Assembly (NCBI GenBank): GCA_944380765.1
Contig: CALWIO010000003.1
Location: 1,701-65,700, forward strand
Direction: 5' to 3'
DNA: 64,000 bases
Origin: an uncultured Clostridia bacterium
GTDB taxonomy: Bacteria > Bacillota > Clostridia > Oscillospirales > Acutalibacteraceae
Of this stretch, positions 35,801 to 42,687 are shown one piece after another. The notes below the pieces were generated by a model. The model did not search any database and was not told where the DNA came from. It saw only the letters and a program-made list of their open reading frames with translations. The number at the start of each line of letters is the position of its first letter. Positions within the stretch are counted from its first letter, which is position 1. The translations under genes were made by a program, and so were the position numbers.

Positions 35801-38143
35801 GTCATTGAACACTATAAATTTGTTGTTTGCCAAGGACTGACCTACAACATCCATTTCTGAATCGGAAGAACCGCTGCTCATAAGAGCGAAATAGCTGCGA
35901 AGCTCCTGTTCCTCGGCGGTGCTCAGTGCGTCAAGCTGAGTAAGATTAAGTCTTCTGTAAAGCTGATAGAGCTTTTGTATCTCATCATTAAGCTGATCGC
36001 TGACGCTTGTTACATTTGACGGGTCAGGAAGCTTTTCCATGCTTCTTATAAGCTCCGGCACCAAATCGTATGCCGTTATATTTGTGGGATATGCCGCCGA
36101 CGCCGTGGGATTGTCCGGGTCATTCGGCGTTATTGTACCCGCCGCCCAGCACTCTTTGCGCGCGGTTATAAAATTGTTCCAGCTTTCCCGTCCCTGGGAA
36201 GCCGCCAATGCCGCCAGAGAATCCTCGCTTAAAAAGTCGGTGGAAACACCCGCCTGTGAAAAGGCTGTGCGGTATCCCTCTATAAGCTCTTCAATATACC
36301 GTACCGCGCCGAAGTCGGCAAGGTCCGGGCTTGAAAGATAATGATCTATTTCAGAAAGTATGCTGTTCGCAATTTCCTCTTTCTGCTCGTAATATTTTGA
36401 AGCCGGGTCGCCGGTGTTCTTCTCATTGCCGTCCAGCGTGTTTTCCGGGTAGGCCTGCCCGTCGGTTCTGTAAAACAGAACATTATCCATAAAGAAACTC
36501 TTATTTACGCTTTCATCGCTCGTATCCTTATAAGAAAATCCCGCAGAATAAAGGTCATTTATAGCTTTAAGTCCGTTCTCACGGTTTAGTACCGTTCCGT
36601 TTTGAATATACGCCCTGTCCGCCGTGCTGTTTGTGTCGGCCTCGTCCATTTTGTAACCCGCCGCGAGCATTGCAGCGCCCCAGGTCGGGTATTCCATATA
36701 GGCGTAATCTCCGCTTGCGTAATCATAGGGATAGTGCCACTTGGCCTCACTTGCACCGCCTGGATTATAATCAGTACTCTTATCAACCGCGAACTGACGG
36801 TACTGAATAAGCATGGCGTCGGAAACCGAGGTGCCCGCCTCGTCAACAAGCACCGGCTGGCTGTAAAGAATATTATTTTCAAACCATGCTTTTACCTCGG
36901 CGCCGTCGTTTTCACGATTCAGCACGCACACGGTGTCAACCATGTTGAAGTTCAAATTGGTAGCTTCGGCGTAGGTATTCTTTGTGGAGCACATAAACTC
37001 AAGCGGCACGCGGATATAACCCTTGTAATGAGAAAGGTCTATAGTGCCGTTGTTAAGCATTACCTTCTGCCAGCCGCCGTTTTCCTGCTGAATAAAAACA
37101 TATGGCGCTTCGCCCTTATAGCCGGAAGCGGTTGTGCCGAGCGTAGAGTAGGTGACGGGGCTGTACTGGTCTGTTCCGCCGCTGTCAAACTTTACTACGC
37201 CGTCGTCAAGCGAGGTGTCTCTGCCGTTTGTGTGTCCGCCGAAGGCTCTTTTATTTCGATAGTAGAACTCGCCTAAAAGCTTTGCGTTGGTTTTAAGGTC
37301 AAAGGAAAGACCGGTTACCGAAACCTGAGAAAGGTCCATCCAGAACCATACTTCTTCGGCACCTTCAAAGTCATAGGTCTGACGGCTGTACGGCGTCGTA
37401 AAAGCTTGTGTCACCCCGCCCGTTCTGTTATTTATATAGAATCTGAGCGCAGATGAACTCAAACCTGTTGACGGGTCGATAACGCCGTCGCGTGTGCCTA
37501 TGCCGTACAACGCAAGACTGCTGCCTGTAAGCTGTCCCGTAGGAGTACCGCCGCTCTCAAAAATCATCATCTCGCGCATTGCCTTTTCATTCTCGGTCAG
37601 AGGCGCGTACGCGTCGGCATCATATTCAAATCTCGGAGTATCTGTAACTGCGCAGTCAATCGGTTCGGAAACCCAGCCTGTGCTGTCAACTGCTGTTATG
37701 CGGATATTGTAACGGTTGTTATCTGAAAGAGTCACTGACTTTGCCGAAAGCTCCGCAGCTGTAATATTAAGCGAATAATAAGTGCTTGAAGCATCTGTTA
37801 CGGTCACCGTTTTTTCGTATTCCAGCACTCTCTGATGCAATGAGAGCGTAGATCCGAGATTATACAGCGACAAAAGATAATAGCTTATCGTTTTCGGCTC
37901 TTTTCCCGGATACTCACGGGCAGTCGCGGCTGAAAACATTACATGCACACCGCCGTCGTCAAGAAGATAGGCCGCAGCTGAAGCGTCGCTCGTGAAAACC
38001 GGCGTCGGGTCGTATGTACCGGGTCCCGCCGCGAGAGCAATCGGAAGCGAACCGACTATCATAATCGCCGACAGCAGCACCGCCATCAGCTTTTTGTTCA
38101 CTTTATTTGTTTTACCAAAAGCTGAAAATATTTGTTTTTTCAA
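32858..38143 (-). CDS. Giant secreted multidomain protein (~1,760 aa) ending in a paralogue-type domain
   Basis: Likely TTG start at 38143 (AAAGGAGAG plus 8 nt); the ORF is open to 38173. Has a signal/anchor helix. The C-terminal ~140 aa carry YVVTIPAEIGIPW, LNAGSEVQVSV and WVNKPVAEY...VTYTV. Confidence 0.85.
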   Translation of the reverse strand: MKKQIFSAFGKTNKVNKKLMAVLLSAIMIVGSLPIALAAGPGTYDPTPVFTSDASAAAYLLDDGGVHVMFSAATAREYPGKEPKTISYYLLSLYNLGSTLSLHQRVLEYEKTVTVTDASSTYYSLNITAAELSAKSVTLSDNNRYNIRITAVDSTGWVSEPIDCAVTDTPRFEYDADAYAPLTENEKAMREMMIFESGGTPTGQLTGSSLALYGIGTRDGVIDPSTGLSSSALRFYINNRTGGVTQAFTTPYSRQTYDFEGAEEVWFWMDLSQVSVTGLSFDLKTNAKLLGEFYYRNKRAFGGHTNGRDTSLDDGVVKFDSGGTDQYSPVTYSTLGTTASGYKGEAPYVFIQQENGGWQKVMLNNGTIDLSHYKGYIRVPLEFMCSTKNTYAEATNLNFNMVDTVCVLNRENDGAEVKAWFENNILYSQPVLVDEAGTSVSDAMLIQYRQFAVDKSTDYNPGGASEAKWHYPYDYASGDYAYMEYPTWGAAMLAAGYKMDEADTNSTADRAYIQNGTVLNRENGLKAINDLYSAGFSYKDTSDESVNKSFFMDNVLFYRTDGQAYPENTLDGNEKNTGDPASKYYEQKEEIANSILSEIDHYLSSPDLADFGAVRYIEELIEGYRTAFSQAGVSTDFLSEDSLAALAASQGRESWNNFITARKECWAAGTITPNDPDNPTASAAYPTNITAYDLVPELIRSMEKLPDPSNVTSVSDQLNDEIQKLYQLYRRLNLTQLDALSTAEEQELRSYFALMSSGSSDSEMDVVGQSLANNKFIVFNDFDAANQTQGSMAWQLENYPNLGSGVYGQDYRYTKGFLTYTTKRFRGFTGADSDATGSLGSYSWSYPIVDGFRRSSGADHTADTDPLYVNQMLATIEAGGFNGTNAAVIQLNGQGYSENEGFYNVLSVTYQGQDGTTDSLLNNNMGQFNLGQFANQYNPGSYDETKILPLALAFYADFSQLSDFRLTATITTKDSDGNLTDYTLDMGTDSGDRKYWLLNPDTGEWVCCYSNRIYGYNSSDGAEGLSLDHYKGWVMLPLYHFKGERSGLINEGVGMDESVTALNGICKVQIGVAPNSNAAAVAMTGASYMIDTIGFAYQPDVYPGVTGRNDTDFDEVCQAKSLPAQQFEDAVAAIEINDGLFADDVFAARVQYNTLTEYQRTQVQSVINANERLIYYEKVISGEIPQSEYMYRDEPEAFVAWVNSLPNAVKNASVSGEQDLPYPGYVDNDSDGMADAVNYAAYGITKEQAEQIIEYYNLDYSRYTTAQKQLIGDELCTQFINAYNAAMRCNETLEKALSDTTEMLNELTDVNSADSIYRQLPLRYPDKAAGTAGTELGSSGQPATVYDKTKPYDGREGYFISLGTGYRDSLSQLNDNYRSSMDYFAKYLMASGEAHSDYKNIPTAIRKLLLNSTTYNINGTTTRAGLLSLYDKYNNLLTVTRNKLASGTPLTDAEREELRATIEEYDALIPTFYNVAELYDMIQQIRDLFPYAKTTLETSTDSGMVPNSSVILSDENPQTENDMVYTLVDFERYLSDLSGTAQISVWSKNGGQLVAADGSQSPLSYTMTVNGTPFVLNSTETPYGSVGPADSGSYSLTLRFSVDSPASVTAALSDEVYIKLTYEYVDSNGINRKYEDLKTVSVTYASDDSYVVTIPAEIGIPWGSESTNLGYQINCNLNAGSEVQVSVAFKQSAFDLTNTGTSEVISCTSSVSAPGVYTGKATVNRTDAAQIQVEASQWVNKPVAEYRQDAAVTYTVNYTKG

Positions 38144-38169
38144 GATTTTTGCTCTCCTTTCCGAAAAAG

Positions 38170-38973
38170 TCAAGACGCAACTATAACCGTCTTAATGTCC
38201 ATATTGTTAAGCGGGCGCTGTTCCTTGTCAAAGCTGAAGCAGAGGAAATGAACAGTAACATCATATTCTCCCGCGTCCAGCGCCCTGTTGAGTTCAAATT
38301 TTGAGATGTGGTATCCGGGCGGAATAAGGTCGGATTTATAAAGAATTTCGCCCGTGTCGCGCATTTCTATTTCTATCTGGAAATAGCAGGGGTTTTCTTC
38401 CGGATTCGCAAAAACATAGTTCTGCGAAGTCTGACCGGCTTTAAGCTGCATCTGTGCTATTCCGTTTATTTTAATCTGTTTGCCCTTGGTTTCGGTTTTT
38501 TCGGGGACGGATACCTCACCCTCGCCTAGCTCCGCACCTGTATCTATTACACCGCTGCCCGTATTGTCAGCGGGGGGAGTATCGGAACTGTCGGGCCAGA
38601 AAAGTACTACCGCCGCCGCAATCGCCGCGATTACAAGAAGACCCGCAATTACCGCGAGAATGATGGCCGCGAGAATATCCCTGACAACGGCTATAAACTC
38701 ATGCTCGCCCACCTGAACATATCCGCTGACCGAGGTGTGAGGCATTTTCCGGGTTTTATAAACCTTTTCGTCAACGCCGCCGAAGCTGAGAACGCCCGTT
38801 TCGGTACGGCCGGCGCCTATCTGGCCGACGACATAGTAACCGCCTGCGGGAAAAGCCTTTTTCATATCGGCGCTCTTTATGTAGGAAACCCTGAAACCGC
38901 TTTTTTTATTAACATATGTTTTGTTTGCCGTTATTTCACCGGCATATACGGTAAACTGAACTGAATCTGCCAA
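38170..38973 (-). CDS. Single-pass membrane protein (operon gene 1): N-terminal cytoplasmic beta domain, TM, extracellular beta-sandwich-like domain
   Basis: 267 aa with a TTG start 7 nt after GGAGG. Central TM ILAAIILAVIAGLLVIAAIAAAVVLFW. The stop overlaps the open frame of the giant gene. Confidence 0.75.
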   Translation of the reverse strand: MADSVQFTVYAGEITANKTYVNKKSGFRVSYIKSADMKKAFPAGGYYVVGQIGAGRTETGVLSFGGVDEKVYKTRKMPHTSVSGYVQVGEHEFIAVVRDILAAIILAVIAGLLVIAAIAAAVVLFWPDSSDTPPADNTGSGVIDTGAELGEGEVSVPEKTETKGKQIKINGIAQMQLKAGQTSQNYVFANPEENPCYFQIEIEMRDTGEILYKSDLIPPGYHISKFELNRALDAGEYDVTVHFLCFSFDKEQRPLNNMDIKTVIVAS

Positions 38974-39085
38974 GAAAAGACCTCCGTACCATGTGCCGAA
39001 ACCCGTCAGAATTCAAAGAAAAACATCTTGCCGGGAGCCGGCGCAAAAACACTTTTAGAATCTATGTATACTATAAGACAATTTA

Positions 39086-39113
39086 ATTATACTAAATTTT
39101 GACTTGTTGTCAA
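39086..39113 (-). promoter_or_regulatory. Near-consensus promoter of the surface operon
   Basis: Minus strand TTGACA (39113-39108), 16-nt spacer, TATAAT (39091-39086); about 105-nt leader to the TTG start. Confidence 0.6.
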
Positions 39114-39151
39114 CCGAAAACCATAAAATTTATATGATTTTTTTGAGATTG

Positions 39152-39221
39152 ATTTATACAAACTGCACAAATATTCAACATTTTTCAACTCTTATGTACA
39201 ATTGAACATGCTGTCAGAATA
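39152..39221 (-). repeat. Upstream module B (inverted partner of 28458..28519)
   Basis: Minus-strand order is TATTCTGACAGCA (39221-39209), TTGTACA (39201-39195), ATTTGTGCA-GTT-TGTATAAAT (39172-39152). Confidence 0.7.
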
Positions 39222-39226
39222 CAGTA

Positions 39227-39260
39227 ATTTAGAAAACTTTTTATAAAAAGTTTTCTAAAT
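39227..39260. repeat. Perfect 34-bp AT-rich palindrome
   Basis: ATTTAGAAAACTTTTTA|TAAAAAGTTTTCTAAAT checked base by base. Sits just upstream of the -35 region of the GH35 promoter. Confidence 0.9.
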
Positions 39261-39285
39261 GATTAGTGAAAAAATATATTTTTTA

Positions 39286-39294
39286 TGTTATAAT
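39286..39294 (+). promoter_or_regulatory. Extended -10 promoter element for the GH35 gene
   Basis: TGtTATAAT with a weak -35; about 145 nt upstream of the ATG at 39441. Confidence 0.5.
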
Positions 39295-39440
39295 GACCTC
39301 GCAAAACACTTGGGACAGGAAATTTTCAGTTTTCCTTTATCGGCTCAGGTTACCCTTGCACCCATTCGGCAATTTTACAGGATGCACGGAATTTTGAACC
39401 TTTCAGCCGCGTATTTTCACACCGTGACAGGAGAATTATT

Positions 39441-41198
39441 ATGTTTGAAATCAAAGGCAATCAGTTTTTTATGGACGGCAAGCCCTTTAACATATATTCG
39501 GGCGCCATGCACTATTTCAGAACGCTCCCCGATTACTGGGAGGACCGGCTTAAAAAGCTTAAACTGGCAGGGTTTAACACGGTCGAAACCTATGTCTGCT
39601 GGAATCTGCACGAGCCCTCGCCCGGAGAATTCGATTTCAGCGGTATGCTCGACATTGAGCGCTTTATTAAAACCGCCGCCGGTCTGGGTCTTTACTGTAT
39701 TGTAAGACCGGGACCGTACATCTGCGCCGAATGGGATTTCGGAGGACTGCCCGCGTGGCTGTTAAAGGATAAAAATATGCAGATACGGTGCAGTTATCCC
39801 GACTTTACCGCCGCCGTCGGGCGTTTTTACAAAGAACTGCTTTCCCGCCTGGAGCCTTTGCAGATTACAAGAGGCGGCAACATCATCGCCATGCAGGTTG
39901 AAAACGAGTACGGCTCCTACGGCAACGACAAGGAGTATCTCGCGTTTATTGAAAAGCTTATGCGTGACTGCAAAATCGACTGTCAGCTTTTCACCTCTGA
40001 CGGAAACTGCCGTGAAATGCTTTCGGGCGGCACTCTGCCCCATATTTTTAAGGTGCTCAACTTCGGCTCAAAGGCTAAAACGGCTTTTGAATGCCTTAAA
40101 GATTTCCAAAAGGACGGCCCACTGATGTGCGGCGAGTTCTGGTGCGGCTGGTTTGACCACTGGCGCGATATTCACCACACCCGCACAGCCGCCGAAATTG
40201 CCGCCGAGGTTCAGGATTTTCTGGACATTGACGCCAGCTTCAATTTCTATATGTTCCACGGAGGAACCAACTTCGGCTTTACCGCCGGAGCCAACTTTAC
40301 CCCCGGCAAGCCCTATGAGCCTACGGTCACCAGCTACGATTACTGCGCGCTTTTAAACGAGTGGGGCGACTATACCCCCGCCTATCATGAAGTCAGGCGC
40401 ATACTGTGCGAAAAGCAGGGTATCCCCTTAGGCGAGCTGCCCCCTTCGCCGAAGCTTCAAAGCATAGGCAGAGTTACGCTCACCGAATGCGCTCCTCTCT
40501 TTGAAAACCTTGACAATATAGGCGAAAAGCACCGTGTTCCCGTGCCGGAAAGCATGGAGTATTTCGGTCAGAATTTCGGCATGATTTATTACGAAACCAC
40601 ACTCAGCGGAAAATACGGCGAGTCGCGCGTTTCATTTAAAGATGTGCACGACTTCGGCTATGTCTATTTTGACGGCGAGCAGAAAAAGGTTATTGACCGC
40701 ACCCTTTACACCGACCCCAAAGGCGACGGCGACACCTCGGTTTTAATGGACTCCCTTGACGGCAGCCTTAAAATCGGCGTACTTGTGGACACCATGGGCA
40801 GAGTAAACTACGGCGAGAAAATGCTCGACCGCAAAGGACTTTCGGATATTTACATAGGCAACCAGCGCCAGATGGGCTTTGATGTGTGGACATTGCCGCT
40901 TGATAACCTTGAAAATCTGTGCTATTCCCACAAAATTGAGAAAAACACCCCCGTATTTTTAAAAGGCCGCTTTAAAGCCGCCGGCAGAGAGGACTGCTTT
41001 GTGCACCTCGGCTCTTTCCAAAAAGGATATGTGTTTGTCAACGGCTTTAACCTCGGCAGATTCTGGAATGTGGGACCACAGAAATCCCTTTACCTGCCCG
41101 GCGCCCTGCTTAAAGAGGACAATGAAATCATAGTGTTTTCCGCCGATTCCTTTGAAACCCCCGAAATCTCCATTCTCAACACCCACGATTTGGGGTAA
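39441..41198 (+). CDS. Beta-galactosidase, glycoside hydrolase family 35
   Basis: 585 aa. N-terminal GH35 signature (YSGAMHYFR...WEDRL.K.K..G.NTVETYV.WN.HEP) and QVENEYGSYG acid/base region. Confidence 0.9.
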   Translation: MFEIKGNQFFMDGKPFNIYSGAMHYFRTLPDYWEDRLKKLKLAGFNTVETYVCWNLHEPSPGEFDFSGMLDIERFIKTAAGLGLYCIVRPGPYICAEWDFGGLPAWLLKDKNMQIRCSYPDFTAAVGRFYKELLSRLEPLQITRGGNIIAMQVENEYGSYGNDKEYLAFIEKLMRDCKIDCQLFTSDGNCREMLSGGTLPHIFKVLNFGSKAKTAFECLKDFQKDGPLMCGEFWCGWFDHWRDIHHTRTAAEIAAEVQDFLDIDASFNFYMFHGGTNFGFTAGANFTPGKPYEPTVTSYDYCALLNEWGDYTPAYHEVRRILCEKQGIPLGELPPSPKLQSIGRVTLTECAPLFENLDNIGEKHRVPVPESMEYFGQNFGMIYYETTLSGKYGESRVSFKDVHDFGYVYFDGEQKKVIDRTLYTDPKGDGDTSVLMDSLDGSLKIGVLVDTMGRVNYGEKMLDRKGLSDIYIGNQRQMGFDVWTLPLDNLENLCYSHKIEKNTPVFLKGRFKAAGREDCFVHLGSFQKGYVFVNGFNLGRFWNVGPQKSLYLPGALLKEDNEIIVFSADSFETPEISILNTHDLG

Positions 41199-41209
41199 TT
41201 GATTATAGC

Positions 41210-41248
41210 AAAATCCCCCGCAGACAATATTTGTCTGCGGGGGATTTT
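41210..41248. terminator. Bidirectional rho-independent terminator
   Basis: 18-bp stem AAAATCCCCCGCAGACAA/TTGTCTGCGGGGGATTTT between convergent genes. Confidence 0.9.
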
Positions 41249-41306
41249 ATATTGAAATATAAACTACTCCTTGCTTTCTGCAAACCGTTTCCCTTGTATA
41301 AGCAAA

Positions 41307-42656
41307 TCATTTTTCAAGCAAAGCTGCGCACTCCACATGCGCGGTGCGGGGGAACATATCGAAGGGGGTTGCCTCGACGGCGGTATAGCCGTATTCGCGC
41401 AGCACGGCGCAGTCCCTTGCCTGGGTGGAAACATCGCAGGAAACATACACCACTTTTTGAGCGCCCATCTCGGCTATGCACGAGAGCACGGAGCTGTCGC
41501 AGCCCTTGCGGGGCGGGTCTAAAATTACGGTGTCGGGTTTTATGTTTTTATCCCTTAACATTCTGACCGCCTCGGCCGCGTCCGCGCAGTAGAACCCGGC
41601 GTTTTCAATGCCGTTGAGTCTTGCGTTTTCGGCGGCGTCACGCACGGCGTCCTCCACTATTTCAACGCCTATTACCCTCTTCACGCTTTTTGCCAGCGAC
41701 AGCCCTATTGTTCCGGCTCCGCAGTAAAGGTCGAGCACGGTTTCACGCCCCGTTACGGCGGCATACTTTGCCGCCTGCCCGTACAAAAGCTCAGCGCAGC
41801 CGCGGTTTACCTGATAAAAGGACAAGGGCGAGAGCTTTACCCTGACTCCGCAGAGTATGTCCTCAATATAATCCCTGCCCCAGAGAGTCACGCATTTTCT
41901 GCCGAGGATAACATTGCTGTTTTCCCGGTTTTCGTTAAGCACTATGCTCTTTACGCCCTCTGTTTTTGAAAGCGCCGACACAAGCTTCTTTTCAAAGGGA
42001 ATTTCCGTGCCGTTTATTACAAGGCACACGCAGATTTCGCCGGTTTCAAAGCCTTTTCTTATGTAAATATGGCGCACAAGCCCCCTGCCCGTTTCGCTGT
42101 CATACGCCGGAACGCCGTTATTGCTCATCCAGTCCTTTACCGCTGTTACTATTCCGGCAAATTCCGCAGGCTGCAAAAGACAGTCGCCGCAGTTTACTAT
42201 GCGGTGGCTTTTCTGCGCGTAAAATCCGGCTATGATACCGCCCTTTGAGTCTGTGCCGACAGGGTACTGAGCCTTGTTGCGGTATCTTTGAGAGCCGCAG
42301 GAAACCAGAGGATTAACGGGCAGGTCGATATGCCCTATCCTTTTAAAAGCTTCCTCAACCCAGCGCTGTTTTATCCTTTTTTCCTCGTCATAGGAGATAT
42401 GCCGAAAAGCGCAGCCCCCGCAGGAGGGAAAGCGCTCGCAGTCCGCCTCAACGCGGTGCGCAGAGGGCGTAATAATATCTTTGATTTTCGCTACCGCGTA
42501 ATTTTTTTTAACCTTTATGATATGAGCCGTAACCGTGTCGCCTGCCGCGGCGCCGGGCACAAACACCGTCATCCGGCCGTATTTGCCGACTCCGCTTCCG
42601 TTGGAGGCGCAGTCCTCAATATTAAGCTGTATCTCCTGATTTTTTGAAAGCGCCAC
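41307..42656 (-). CDS. 23S rRNA (uracil-5-)-methyltransferase, RumA/RlmD family
   Basis: Likely GTG start 42656 (GGTGAGG plus 7 nt). TRAM-like N-terminus, Cys cluster CERFPSCGGCAFRH, SAM-binding DLYCGAGT, and a catalytic Cys near the C-terminus. Confidence 0.85.
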   Translation of the reverse strand: MALSKNQEIQLNIEDCASNGSGVGKYGRMTVFVPGAAAGDTVTAHIIKVKKNYAVAKIKDIITPSAHRVEADCERFPSCGGCAFRHISYDEEKRIKQRWVEEAFKRIGHIDLPVNPLVSCGSQRYRNKAQYPVGTDSKGGIIAGFYAQKSHRIVNCGDCLLQPAEFAGIVTAVKDWMSNNGVPAYDSETGRGLVRHIYIRKGFETGEICVCLVINGTEIPFEKKLVSALSKTEGVKSIVLNENRENSNVILGRKCVTLWGRDYIEDILCGVRVKLSPLSFYQVNRGCAELLYGQAAKYAAVTGRETVLDLYCGAGTIGLSLAKSVKRVIGVEIVEDAVRDAAENARLNGIENAGFYCADAAEAVRMLRDKNIKPDTVILDPPRKGCDSSVLSCIAEMGAQKVVYVSCDVSTQARDCAVLREYGYTAVEATPFDMFPRTAHVECAALLEK

Positions 42657-42687
42657 GGTCACACCTCACCTTTCGGTATTTTCGGGA

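Noticed and set aside
39259-39705. 148-aa ORF upstream of and overlapping the GH35 gene.
   Set aside because: It starts inside the 34-bp palindrome and promoter region and has no RBS. It overlaps the well-supported GH35 start (AGGAGA RBS at 39441) in another frame.
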